DNA of 64,000 nucleotides from an uncultured Ignavibacteriaceae bacterium (GCA_964645575.1 CAZYAM010000001.1:31965-95964); one strand, 5' to 3'. Counted from the first letter of the stretch, positions 1 to 9,812 are shown. The notes: a model not told the origin generated them from the letters alone. Numbers and translations: made by a program.

Positions 1-306
1 TTAAGCGTCGATGGGATAGATTGTTCAGGATATACTATGATGGTATACAAAAATTCCATGAATATTCTGCTCCCTCGCTCAAGTTACGAACAATCCAAAA
101 TGGGTGCAGCGGTAGAATTGAGTGAATTAAAATTCGGAGATTTGATTTTTTTTAATACAACAGGCGAAAGAGCTTCTCATGTAGGCATCTATCTTGGCGA
201 TGATCTATTCGCGCATGCAAGCGTATTGCTCGGTGTGACAATTTCTTCGCTTCAGAGCAGCTATTATGTCAAGCGGTATGAATGTGCCCGCCGGATTGTG
301 GAATAA
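1..306 (+). CDS. NlpC/P60 family cell-wall peptidase, C-terminal part (5' end outside window)
   Basis: Frame 1 is open from base 1. Translation has GIDCSGYT (catalytic Cys motif) and ASHVGIYLG (His motif). Stop at 304-306. Confidence 0.75.
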   Translation, partial: LSVDGIDCSGYTMMVYKNSMNILLPRSSYEQSKMGAAVELSELKFGDLIFFNTTGERASHVGIYLGDDLFAHASVLLGVTISSLQSSYYVKRYECARRIVE

Positions 307-348
307 AATTTGAAGAATAAGAAAATATAAAATAGAAAGAATAACACT

Positions 349-948
349 ATGTCAATTATTCCCATATATTTATTTGGGACTGAAGTTCTTAAGAAAAAGG
401 CCAAACCGGTTGAAAAACTGGATGATTCGACCATCAAGCTTGTCTATGACATGTTCGAAACAATGCATAAAGCCAATGGAATAGGCCTTGCAGCGAATCA
501 GGTCGGTGACCTCCGGCGTGTGATTACGATAGATATTTCGGATGTCACTGAACCAAATGCGGAAGGCGAGATGGAGGATCCTGTGCATCCGACTTCACCC
601 GGCCTTCCGCGTACGCTTACTATTATCAATCCAGAGATAGTAAATCAAGAGAGCGCCTCCTGGCCGATGGAAGAAGGATGTTTGAGCATTCCGGGAATAC
701 ATGGTATAGTAGAAAGGGCAGAAAAAATACGAATACGCTTTCGTGATGGCGAATTTAAATTGCAGGAACTATCAATTGATGGATTACTTGCCCGTGTTAT
801 GCTTCATGAATATGATCATCTCAATGGTATTCTCTTCGTGGATCGTATGAATAAGGCAAAACGAAGTATGCTGCTGCCGAAACTGAGGAAGATACGAAAA
901 GGAGAAGTCGATCTCGATTATCCTGTGATTACCGCCGCTGAGGAGTAA
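349..948 (+). CDS. def: peptide deformylase
   Basis: Three PDF motifs: GIGLAANQ, EGCLSIPG, HEYDHLNG. Followed by fmt 4 nt later. Confidence 0.95.
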   Translation: MSIIPIYLFGTEVLKKKAKPVEKLDDSTIKLVYDMFETMHKANGIGLAANQVGDLRRVITIDISDVTEPNAEGEMEDPVHPTSPGLPRTLTIINPEIVNQESASWPMEEGCLSIPGIHGIVERAEKIRIRFRDGEFKLQELSIDGLLARVMLHEYDHLNGILFVDRMNKAKRSMLLPKLRKIRKGEVDLDYPVITAAEE

Positions 949-952
949 CAAC

Positions 953-1876
953 ATGCGAATCCTCTTTATGGGTACGCCAGATTTTGCGGTTCCAAGTCTT
1001 CGCATACTTCTGGATAATTCCTACGAGATATCGGCTGTTGTGACAGCGCCGGATAAACCAAGAGGACGCGGACAACAGGTTTCTTTTACCCCGATAAAAG
1101 AGTTTGCAATTTGTCATAATATTTCTATCCTTCAGCCGGAGAAACTCAACGACACGGCATTCATTGCCGAAATTCAACGGCTTCATCCTGATCTGGTTGC
1201 CGTAGTGGCATTCCGGATTTTACCGCGAGAAGTGTATACGATCCCGAAACTTGGTTCTTTTAATCTTCATGCATCACTCCTGCCGAAGTATCGCGGAGCC
1301 GCACCGATTAATTGGGCTATTATTAATGGAGAAAAGGAATCCGGAGTTACGACATTCTTTTTAAAGGACGAGGTAGATACCGGTTCTATTCTGTGTCAGA
1401 CACGGGTGCCTATTGGTCCGGATGATACTGCAGGTGATTTGCATGATGTGCTCTCCAAAGCAGGTGCAGAAATTGTACTTAAGACCGTTCACCTTATTGA
1501 ATTCGGCAGCGTACAACCGCGCGTGCAAGACGATTCGCTTGCCTGTCCTGCACCAAAGATATTTAAAGAGGACTGCCGGATCGATTGGACGAAGCCGTCG
1601 CATCAGATCCACAATTTTATTCGGGGCCTATCGCCTCATCCTGCTGCATGGACTACGCATATGGGCAAGCTGATTAAAGTATTCCATGCAAGAATAATTG
1701 AAAATAAATCGGCACAAGCCGGAATTATCTTAAATCGAACACATAACAAACTGGAGGTTGGAACAGGAAACGGTATTGTTTCTCTTCTCGAAATTCAACA
1801 AGAAGGAAAACGCCGTCTCGGCATCGAAGAGTTTCTAAGGGGCTATTCAATTGAATCCGGTGAAAAGTTCATGTAA
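953..1876 (+). CDS. fmt: methionyl-tRNA formyltransferase
   Basis: N-terminal formyltransferase fold (ILFMGTPDFAVPSL, HASLLPKYRGAAPINWAI). Classic def-fmt pair. Confidence 0.95.
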   Translation: MRILFMGTPDFAVPSLRILLDNSYEISAVVTAPDKPRGRGQQVSFTPIKEFAICHNISILQPEKLNDTAFIAEIQRLHPDLVAVVAFRILPREVYTIPKLGSFNLHASLLPKYRGAAPINWAIINGEKESGVTTFFLKDEVDTGSILCQTRVPIGPDDTAGDLHDVLSKAGAEIVLKTVHLIEFGSVQPRVQDDSLACPAPKIFKEDCRIDWTKPSHQIHNFIRGLSPHPAAWTTHMGKLIKVFHARIIENKSAQAGIILNRTHNKLEVGTGNGIVSLLEIQQEGKRRLGIEEFLRGYSIESGEKFM

Positions 1877-2001
1877 TAACTGTTTTGTTGTATAAAATGA
1901 TCTTATATGTGCATATTTGTAACTTCAAATATTTCTCGTATATTTACAAAAGCAATTAACAAAACTGCACAAATTTATAGTTTGTACAGGTAATTCTAAT
2001 T

Positions 2002-2730
2002 ATGAAAATTAGCGCGAATAAAATAGAATACAGAAAAAAACGGATTTTAACCGGTATTATTGTAAAACGAAAAACTTCTAATATTAAACTTGCCCGGATG
2101 ATCGATCATACGCTACTAAAACCGGACGCAACGCTGCAGGATATTGAGAATCTCTGTGGCGAAGCAAAACACTATGGTTTCGCAAGCGTGTGCGTCAATC
2201 CGGCATATGTGAAACTATGTGCGGACTTACTGGATAATACTGATGTGAAAGTGTGCACTGTTATCAGTTTCCCGCTGGGCGCGACATCAAGTGCGGCAAA
2301 AGCATTTGAAACGGAACGGGCAATAAAACACGGTGCAAGAGAAGTTGATATGGTTATTAATATCGGAATGCTGAAATCCTGTGAATACGATTATGTCGAA
2401 CATGACATTCTTGCAGTGGTTGATGTAGCGCATCGCATGAATGTTATTGTGAAAGTAATTATTGAGACCGGATTGCTGAACAAAGATGAGAAGATAAAAG
2501 CTTGCGTACTCACGAAGCACGCAGGAGCCGATTTTGTGAAGACTTCTACGGGTTTTATGAAAGGCGGGGCAACCATTAAGGACGTTGCACTAATGAGGAA
2601 AGTCGTCGGTCCTGATTTGGGAGTAAAAGCTTCCGGCGGTGTGCGTTCAAAGAAAAAAGCTCTTGCCCTTATTGCAAACGGTGCGACAAGAATAGGTGCA
2701 AGCGCGAGTGTTAAAATTGTTGCAGGGTAG
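2002..2730 (+). CDS. deoC: deoxyribose-phosphate aldolase (start uncertain; N-terminus about 20 aa longer than usual)
   Basis: [16 protein letters not shown], and FVKTSTGF with the Schiff-base Lys. 2002 is the only ATG upstream of the conserved KLARMIDHT. Confidence 0.9.
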   Translation: MKISANKIEYRKKRILTGIIVKRKTSNIKLARMIDHTLLKPDATLQDIENLCGEAKHYGFASVCVNPAYVKLCADLLDNTDVKVCTVISFPLGATSSAAKAFETERAIKHGAREVDMVINIGMLKSCEYDYVEHDILAVVDVAHRMNVIVKVIIETGLLNKDEKIKACVLTKHAGADFVKTSTGFMKGGATIKDVALMRKVVGPDLGVKASGGVRSKKKALALIANGATRIGASASVKIVAG

Positions 2731-2736
2731 AAATAG

Positions 2737-3342
2737 GTGTTATCATCCATTATATCGAAGAGACTCTTTGTGAGTCGTTTATCTTTCAATATCGGCATGC
2801 TGTCCCTTGGCGTAACTCTCTTGCTCCTGGGTTGTGTTTCATCGGAAGAAACAGGCGCGGGAGATAGAGCAAAATCTCCGGTAAGGATTCTTAATTCGAT
2901 TGATACGGCACATCTCTCCGGTAGTCAGGATATGAAACAAGACACTATGCTGAATTTAAACAACAACACAGGCCTTTCAGATCGATCGTTACGTGTAGCA
3001 CCGAAATTCAAATCGAAACAGGATACGGTTAGGGCATCCATAATAAGGAAAAAGAAATCTTCAGTACGTCCGCATATTAGAATCGAGTACCCGGAAAATC
3101 CGATCTATACCGTGCAAATAGGTGCGTTCACACAGGCATCCAAGGCTTTGAGCATACAAAAGAGAGCGAAAGGACGGTTTACTCATCAACCGGTTTTTAA
3201 TAAATATATAAAGAGCTCCAAACTGTATCGTGTGAGTGTCGGCAGATATGAAAAACGCGAGGATGCGTTCGCGCTTGCTGATACCATGAAAGAAAAATAT
3301 CCTGATGAGTACAATAAATGCTGGATCAATTTTATACCATGA
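2737..3342 (+). CDS. SPOR domain lipoprotein (alternative start ATG 2797 gives MLSLGVTLLLLGC lipobox)
   Basis: C-terminal SPOR pattern YTVQIGAF...YRVSVGRYEKREDA. Lipoprotein signal peptide. Confidence 0.7.
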   Translation: MLSSIISKRLFVSRLSFNIGMLSLGVTLLLLGCVSSEETGAGDRAKSPVRILNSIDTAHLSGSQDMKQDTMLNLNNNTGLSDRSLRVAPKFKSKQDTVRASIIRKKKSSVRPHIRIEYPENPIYTVQIGAFTQASKALSIQKRAKGRFTHQPVFNKYIKSSKLYRVSVGRYEKREDAFALADTMKEKYPDEYNKCWINFIP

Positions 3343-3881
3343 TGAAAACACTAATAATATATTCGGCTCTGTGTATACTGATGCTATTGACGGCAGGCTG
3401 TTCATCATCCTCGAAACTTTTTCGGGATGAAGAATTCGAGCAAAAAAGACTTAAAGACGGCGAGCGATCATTAGCGGAATACGAATCGACACTCAATCCG
3501 ACAGATTATGATCAGGAAGTTGAGGCTGTTGAGAAGATACATATTGATGAGAAAAGACAAAGATCACCTTTGGAAATTCCTAAAGACAGTCTTGTCATTG
3601 AAGAAGAGGAAGTACAGGGATTTCGAATTCAGATATTTTCTTCCTCCGGTGTTGATGAAGCTGCACTGGTGAAGGATATCGCTATGAAAAAATTTATTGT
3701 TGATTCTGTGTATCTAGTTTACGATGCGCCGGTCTACAAAGTAAGAGTGGGAGATTTTTTAAACCGCTATGAAGCAAACCAGCGGCTGCCGGAGTTCACG
3801 GAAAAAGGATACCGCGATGCATGGATTGTCCCTGATAGAATTATTCAGCGGAAATTTGTGCACGTTCCTCTTCAAAAGTGA
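3339..3881 (+). CDS. SPOR domain lipoprotein
   Basis: MMKTLIIYSALCILMLLTAGC lipobox. SPOR pattern FRIQIFSS...YKVRVGDFLNRYEA. The ATG overlaps the upstream stop (ATGA). The ORF track allows 3318. Confidence 0.7.
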   Translation: MMKTLIIYSALCILMLLTAGCSSSSKLFRDEEFEQKRLKDGERSLAEYESTLNPTDYDQEVEAVEKIHIDEKRQRSPLEIPKDSLVIEEEEVQGFRIQIFSSSGVDEAALVKDIAMKKFIVDSVYLVYDAPVYKVRVGDFLNRYEANQRLPEFTEKGYRDAWIVPDRIIQRKFVHVPLQK

Positions 3882-4284
3882 TTCCACATTAAACTTTGCA
3901 CAGTTTTTTACTGTGCAGGCCATTGATTTATATTTATCATTACGCCCAATTGCAATTTTTTTCGAGCGTTAGAAGAAGATTACCGTTTATCTCTTAAAGA
4001 ATTTCTAATAGATTATTAGAGTCTCGATGAAACGGATAAATTATTCGAGACCGAGAATGTTGACCGTTCAGACTACCGAAAGTACTTTTTTAAATTTAAA
4101 ATAATTAAGGGAACGGATTTATTAATATTTTTTTAAATGGCGGAATATTGCATCCGGATGCACTGAGCAGGTATATAGGATAGAAAAAATATGGGAGTTC
4201 ATGTCCGATATTTCAGATTTTATCTTTTTGTGTCAAGTGATTTTTCTGCAAGTTCAGCCTCTAAAAAAACACTTAATTTTTAAC

Positions 4285-4313
4285 TTGACAAAGGGGCTGT
4301 AACAGAATATATT
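4285..4313 (+). promoter_or_regulatory. putative sigma70-type promoter of nrdJ (TTGACA-17 nt-TATATT)
   Basis: Near-consensus hexamers with 17-nt spacing, about 230 nt upstream of nrdJ. The intergenic region is AT-rich, so a chance match is possible. Confidence 0.35.
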
Positions 4314-4541
4314 TACAACAAGTTGCGACGCTAAAAAATAGGAATTAAAGGTTGAGGTTTCTGCAAGTTTAGAGTCGTAAAAGAGGAGAAAAAATGTGGC
4401 GCGCAACGGCCACTCTTTTAATCATTATTTTTTTTCTAAAAATTGGAACCAAATTATCTCTGCCTTTGTAAGGCGTATCTATTATTTATAGGTTGGAAGC
4501 TTTTGTATCGCACCACACCTTTTTAAGCAAAGGAGTTTCAT

Positions 4542-7310
4542 ATGCAAAATGTACAATTCCCCGCGGCTCAAGTCCATTCACATACACAAGAACATGATAC
4601 TGTGAAACGGGGATTACATTTCGAACGATTCTTTACAAAACAAGGATTACATCCTTTCGATGAAATTGAATGGGAGCGGCGCACCGCAGCAATTACGAAC
4701 GATCGAGGGGAAAAAATCTTTGAACAAAAAGATGTCGAAATCCCAAAATCATGGTCAACGACAGCAACAAATGTTGTTGTCTCGAAATATTTTTATGGTC
4801 AATTAGGGACTGCGGAACGCGAGACAAGCATTAAGCAGCTTGTCGATCGCGTTGCTAAATCGTACTATTTGTGGGGATTGAAAGATGGTTATTTTGCATC
4901 CGAAGAAGATGCAGAAATATTTTATCACGAGTTGATCTATCTCCTTGTAAATCAATATATGTCGTTCAATAGCCCGGTCTGGTTTAACGCCGGAGTGGAA
5001 AAAATGCCGCAGTGCTCGGCATGCTTTATCAATTCAGTTAAAGATTCGATGACATCCATTCTGGAACTTGCGAAAACTGAAGGCATGCTCTTTAAGTACG
5101 GTTCGGGCACAGGCTCCAATTTCTCTTCACTTCGCTCATCTAAGGAACGTATCACCGGGGGCGGTACTGCATCAGGACCGGTTTCGTTTATGAAAGGATA
5201 CGATGCGTTTGCAGGCGTTATTAAATCCGGCGGGAAAACACGCCGTGCGGCGAAGATGGTGATATTAAATATTGAACATCCGGACATTATCAGTTTCATC
5301 AATTGTAAAGTGGAAGAAGAGAAAAAAGCATGGGCGCTTATCGATGCGGGTTATGACGGCGGCTTTAATGTAACCGGAGGCGCGTACGATTCCGTTTTCT
5401 ACCAAAACGGCAATCATTCTATCCGCGTTACAGATGAATTTATGAAAGCCGTCCTGGAAGATAAAGAATTTTGGACCAAAGCCGTAAAGGACGGAATGCC
5501 GATGGAAAAATTTCGGGCCCGCGATCTGATGAAACAAATTGCCGATGCAGCATGGATTTGCGGCGATCCCGGCATCCAATTCCATACAACGATCAACAAC
5601 TGGCATACATGTTCCGGTACAGCTCCGATCTATTCATCGAATCCATGCAGTGAGTATATGTTCCTCGATGACAGCGCATGCAATCTTGCATCATTGAACC
5701 TGATGAAATTCCGCAAAACGAACGGCGATATTGATGTAGAAGCGTTTAAGAAGGCTATTCAGGTAACGATTACTGCAATGGAAATTTGCGTCGATAATGC
5801 AAGTTACCCGACACAGGCAATCACGAGCAATAGTCATACCTTCCGTCCGCTCGGACTCGGGTACGCAAATCTCGGTGCACTATTAATGTCGCGCGGTGTC
5901 GCATATAACAGCGATGAAGGCAGAACGCTTACTTCTGCTATCACCTCTCTCATGTGCGGTGAAGCATATAAACAATCTGCAAAAATTGCAGAAGTGAAGG
6001 GACCCTTTGATGAATTTGCAGCGAATAGAGATCCGATGTTGAATGTGATGGCAAAACATGGTATTCATGCTGAACGCATCGACAAGAATAAAGTGGAACC
6101 CGGCCTCTGGCAAGCACAGCGCGATGTATGGAATGACGTTATTGAGTTGGGGAAAAAGCACGGCATCCGCAACGCGCAGACGACCGTTCTTGCCCCGACA
6201 GGTACGATCGGTTTCATGATGGATTGTGACACAACAGGTATTGAACCGGATATTGCTCTGGTGAAATACAAGAAAATGAGCGACGGCGGATTGATGAAGA
6301 TCGTTAACCAGACTGTGCCGGAAGCACTCATGAAGTTAGGATACGACGGCGAACAGATCGAGCATATTATTGCATACATCGATAAGAACGATACCATCGA
6401 AGGCGCACCGCATCTGAAAGAAGAACATCTTCCTGTATTCGACTGTGCATTCAAGCCTGCAAACGGCAAACGCTTTATTCAATATATGGGACATATTAAG
6501 ATGATGGCGGCAGCACAGTCGTTCCTTTCCGGTGCGATTTCAAAGACAGTGAATATGCCGACAGATGTAACCTCTGAAGATATTGCACAGGCATATACTG
6601 AAGCGTGGAAGCTTGGATTGAAAGCAATTGCCGTATACCGCGACGGATGCAAACGCACCCAGCCGCTCAGCACATCGCTGGATAAGAAAAAAGAAATGCA
6701 GCAGATGACCAACAAACCGGCACGCCGCCACTTGCCGGATGAGCGCCAGTCCATTACGCATAAGTTCAGTATTGCCGGGCACGAGGGGTATGTAACTGTC
6801 GGTATGTTTGAAGATGGAACGCCGGGCGAGCTGTTCATAACGATGTCCAAGGAAGGTTCGACTATTTCCGGTTTGATGGATTCGCTTGCTACATCGATTT
6901 CAATTGCACTGCAGTACGGCGTGCCGTTGAAAGTTATGGTAGATAAGTTCAGCCATGCACGCTATGAACCGTCGGGCTTTACGAACAATCCGGATATCCC
7001 GATTGCGAAATCCGTAAGTGATTACATCTTCCGCTGGCTCGGCAAGAAGTTCTTCAAAGAAGGAAATGGTACGGAGAATCCGAATAATGAAATAAGTAAC
7101 GTGAAAATTTCGGAGGAAACCGCGAAGAAACCGGTCGGGATTCTCACAGCCGCAGCAATGAAAGCCGCTTCGGTATGGGAAAAGAATGAGAAGTATATTT
7201 TTGAAACCCAATCCGATGCGCCTCCATGCCACGAATGCGGAAGCATCATGATCCGCAGCGGCTCATGCTATAAATGCCTGGAATGCGGAAGCACATCGGG
7301 GTGCTCCTGA
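4542..7310 (+). CDS. nrdJ: adenosylcobalamin-dependent (class II) ribonucleotide reductase
   Basis: 922 aa. Thiyl-radical loop SNPCSEYMF, class II core motifs, C-terminal CxxC...CxxC tail (CHECGS...CYKCLECG). AGGAG RBS. Confidence 0.95.
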   Translation: MQNVQFPAAQVHSHTQEHDTVKRGLHFERFFTKQGLHPFDEIEWERRTAAITNDRGEKIFEQKDVEIPKSWSTTATNVVVSKYFYGQLGTAERETSIKQLVDRVAKSYYLWGLKDGYFASEEDAEIFYHELIYLLVNQYMSFNSPVWFNAGVEKMPQCSACFINSVKDSMTSILELAKTEGMLFKYGSGTGSNFSSLRSSKERITGGGTASGPVSFMKGYDAFAGVIKSGGKTRRAAKMVILNIEHPDIISFINCKVEEEKKAWALIDAGYDGGFNVTGGAYDSVFYQNGNHSIRVTDEFMKAVLEDKEFWTKAVKDGMPMEKFRARDLMKQIADAAWICGDPGIQFHTTINNWHTCSGTAPIYSSNPCSEYMFLDDSACNLASLNLMKFRKTNGDIDVEAFKKAIQVTITAMEICVDNASYPTQAITSNSHTFRPLGLGYANLGALLMSRGVAYNSDEGRTLTSAITSLMCGEAYKQSAKIAEVKGPFDEFAANRDPMLNVMAKHGIHAERIDKNKVEPGLWQAQRDVWNDVIELGKKHGIRNAQTTVLAPTGTIGFMMDCDTTGIEPDIALVKYKKMSDGGLMKIVNQTVPEALMKLGYDGEQIEHIIAYIDKNDTIEGAPHLKEEHLPVFDCAFKPANGKRFIQYMGHIKMMAAAQSFLSGAISKTVNMPTDVTSEDIAQAYTEAWKLGLKAIAVYRDGCKRTQPLSTSLDKKKEMQQMTNKPARRHLPDERQSITHKFSIAGHEGYVTVGMFEDGTPGELFITMSKEGSTISGLMDSLATSISIALQYGVPLKVMVDKFSHARYEPSGFTNNPDIPIAKSVSDYIFRWLGKKFFKEGNGTENPNNEISNVKISEETAKKPVGILTAAAMKAASVWEKNEKYIFETQSDAPPCHECGSIMIRSGSCYKCLECGSTSGCS

Positions 7311-7320
7311 GGTTTGGTAC

Positions 7321-7367
7321 ACCTTCCGAAAGTTACTTTGCGATAGCTTTTGAAACTTTCGGAAGGT
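7321..7367 (+). terminator. perfect 14-bp inverted repeat right after the nrdJ stop (hairpin, no clear U-tract)
   Basis: accttccgaaagtt (7321-7334) is the exact reverse complement of aactttcggaaggt (7354-7367). Confidence 0.4.
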
Positions 7368-7480
7368 TCTCGCAATTACTAAGGAGGAAAAATGAGTTGT
7401 GGGAGGAAGAGAAAGAAATTGATCTATAAACAATTTGGATAAGTAATATATTATACAAAGAGAAATTATATATTTCTAGA

Positions 7481-7528
7481 AAGGGTATGATTTTAACTTG
7501 AAAAGTTGAATTATGCCCTTTTTTATTT
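7481..7528 (+). terminator. rho-independent terminator-like hairpin plus T-run
   Basis: aagggtatgattttaactt / aagttgaattatgccctt pair with G-U wobbles, followed by ttttttatttt. Confidence 0.5.
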
Positions 7529-7692
7529 TATAAAAGAATTTTAAAGAAAGGAGAATAGTTATGCGAAAGCAAATCGAAAACTCATTTATCATATAAAACC
7601 ACTATTGTCCAAAATAAAATGAGATGTAGTTTATATTTATAAGAAGTGAATGAAATTAGGTAATTGTTCCGCAAGGGACTGGATCATTAAGC

Positions 7693-7833
7693 GTCATTTC
7701 TTTTGTCTTGACACAAAAGAAATGACAAAAGAAAAAGTCAAGACTGACGAAAAATATGGTAAAACTGCGGCTCACTTCGTTGCACAGAATTAACTCGTGG
7801 CGCTCGAAGCGCCACTCGGACAGAATTCTGTGC
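7693..7833. repeat. nested palindromic element (two strong hairpins) in an ORF-poor spacer
   Basis: A 14-bp perfect stem 7693-7706/7713-7726 (gtcatttcttttgt...acaaaagaaatgac). A compound hairpin has outer stem gcacagaatt 7782-7791 / aattctgtgc 7824-7833 and inner stem gtggcgc 7797-7803 / gcgccac 7809-7815. Confidence 0.55.
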
Positions 7834-8125
7834 GGACGCTTTGTTCGCCTTGTTTTACTTCCATTTTTTTCGTAGGTCATTTAATTAAACACCTGTTTTG
7901 GACAAGTGTGATGTAAAACATTTAATTAAAGCATAACATAAACTCGGGTGAAGGCGGTTTAAGAGGAGAGAAATCCTTTTAAAAGAATTCCTGGAAACGG
8001 AAATCAATTATTGGGAGAGATACAGTGCTCGATTCAAACAAACCTGAGGCGAGTAATTGTTTGTGCAAACAAACAACACGTCAAAACACGATATCACCGT
8101 TGGTGGTGTTAAAACAGGAAAAAAA

Positions 8126-9067
8126 ATGAAACATTATGCAATCTTTTTTGGAATATTTTACTTTCTTTTAGTTAACATTGGCTATTCTCAAACTTGGTTT
8201 AGTCAAGAAACGATTGATTGTACTGTGTTACTTGAAAAGAAAGTCGGAAACAAATTTATTCCACACGGTACCGGATTTCTTCTCTACAATTATACAAAAT
8301 CCAGTAACTATACGGTTATCACCTGTGAACATGTTTTAAGGAATGGAAGTATTTATGTGTTGTACCAAGCTGATTCCTCTCTGATAGCGATAATGAAGAA
8401 ACATAATGATAAATATGTAGAAATTGGAAAGAACGCTTGGCAACTAGACGGAAATAATCTTCGAACAAAGGTAGAATTAATAGAAGGAAAAACATTCGTA
8501 AAGCATCCAATCCTAGATATTGCGGGATTCAAATTGGATATCGGTTCCAAGATTACATCTATCACTGGCAAAGACACAACTGTAATAAATATATCAAAAG
8601 TGAAGGGAATACCTATAAGTATGATTAAGAAAAAGGAAAATGTTGGATTAGGAACCGATGTTTATTTTTTGGGTTTTCCTTTTATGATAGGAACTCAGGA
8701 AGGATATAGTATTCCTTCTGATTCTGGCTCCATAAATTCGGGCTATTACTGTGAAAGTGTCGCTAATCCGGTTCTAAGGTCTGGTACTATTGGATGGAAG
8801 TCTTCAAACAATAACGAGTTCCTTATTGATGCAATTTCTTATGGAGGGAACAGTGGATCACCTGTTTTTTCAAAAGCAGGAATTGGAATAAAAGGTCCAT
8901 GTTTAATTGGTATGGTAATTGGTCATTTAGGTGAAGAGATAAAGTTTGATAAAAATATAAAGCCAAATGAAGTTAAAGTGAATGTTGTTGGGAATGCTGG
9001 ACTAGCCAAATGCTTATGGATAGATGATATTCTTCTAGTGGCAGAAACTATATCGAAATTAAGGTAA
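8126..9067 (+). CDS. secreted trypsin-like (S1/Trypsin_2) serine protease
   Basis: Signal peptide MKHYAIFFGIFYFLLVNIGYS. Catalytic triad context TCEHV (His), LDIAGFKL (Asp), GGNSGSPVF (Ser). Visibly AT-rich codon usage. Confidence 0.75.
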   Translation: MKHYAIFFGIFYFLLVNIGYSQTWFSQETIDCTVLLEKKVGNKFIPHGTGFLLYNYTKSSNYTVITCEHVLRNGSIYVLYQADSSLIAIMKKHNDKYVEIGKNAWQLDGNNLRTKVELIEGKTFVKHPILDIAGFKLDIGSKITSITGKDTTVINISKVKGIPISMIKKKENVGLGTDVYFLGFPFMIGTQEGYSIPSDSGSINSGYYCESVANPVLRSGTIGWKSSNNNEFLIDAISYGGNSGSPVFSKAGIGIKGPCLIGMVIGHLGEEIKFDKNIKPNEVKVNVVGNAGLAKCLWIDDILLVAETISKLR

Positions 9068-9121
9068 TATTTCGAAGAACCACTGGTGCTTCTCAAAGAC
9101 GTTTTTGTTTTAGCCTTCTCT

Positions 9122-9149
9122 GCAGGCGATGATATATATCATCGCCTGC
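9122..9149. repeat. 28-bp perfect palindrome upstream of the RAYT gene (REP-like hairpin)
   Basis: GCAGGCGATGATAT|ATATCATCGCCTGC. It shares its basal stem TGCAGGCGA/TCGCYTGC with palindromes at 9539-9568 and 10112-10141. Confidence 0.6.
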
Positions 9150-9203
9150 TTGCGTTAATAAGGGTTTGCATTTTTACTGTCGGCAGGTTATTTTGTTGTT
9201 GTA

Positions 9204-9812
9204 ATGCCTATCGCGCCAATTGCATATCCATTGCATCGTAACTCGCAGAAACGTATCTATGAGGAAGGTGCGAGTTATTTTATCACTGCAGTTACGTATG
9301 ACCGGTATCCATATTTTCAGATACCTTTACTTTCCGAACTTTTTATCAATGCTTTATTGTTTGCCAAAGATATTAAACAATTCAAACTGCATGGTTATAC
9401 TGTTATGCCGGATCACGTACATCTTCTAATAACACCATCAGCAAAAGCGAATTATTCGGAGGTGATGCGTTCTCTTAAAACAAATTATGCTCGAGATGCA
9501 AACGATATTATGTTCGGGAGAAAGATGGATATTCCCAATGCAAGCGACGTGGCGCCACGTCGCCTGCAAGTACAAGAGAAACATATGAAGTCTTTTCTCC
9601 CCGTATATCGTCGACGTTTTATTGATACATACGGTACCAATCACAATATTCCATTCTTCAAATGGCAGAAATCCTTTCGGGATCATATAATCCGTGGTGA
9701 TAATGATTTTACAAAACACCTCGAATACATCTTTAATAATGCGTTAAAACATGGCCTAGTCCGGGAATCGGAAGAATGGAAATGGATGCAGGTAGAAACG
9801 ATGGCGAGGTGA
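9204..9812 (+). CDS. REP-associated tyrosine transposase-like protein (IS200/Y1 HUH superfamily, COG1943-type)
   Basis: HUH motif MPDHVHLLI, then FKWQKSFRDHIIR and the Tyr motif LEYIFNN. A 30-nt palindrome is embedded in the linker (NASDVAPRRLQ). Confidence 0.8.
   Translation: MPIAPIAYPLHRNSQKRIYEEGASYFITAVTYDRYPYFQIPLLSELFINALLFAKDIKQFKLHGYTVMPDHVHLLITPSAKANYSEVMRSLKTNYARDANDIMFGRKMDIPNASDVAPRRLQVQEKHMKSFLPVYRRRFIDTYGTNHNIPFFKWQKSFRDHIIRGDNDFTKHLEYIFNNALKHGLVRESEEWKWMQVETMAR

Noticed and set aside
4320-4420. Possible cobalamin riboswitch in the nrdJ leader (AATAGGAA...GGTTGA...GCGCAACGGCCACTC loosely recalls the GGGAA/GGTG core and B12-box).
   Set aside because: The key conserved blocks (the CCCGC element and a proper GCCACTG box in context) are missing. 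B12 riboswitches normally control B12-independent isozymes. An Infernal scan would be needed to revive this idea.
7693-9067. Hairpin-rich spacer plus protease considered as a retron-like (ncRNA + effector) defence system.
   Set aside because: No reverse transcriptase or other known partner gene is present. The hairpins look more like palindromic repeat elements.
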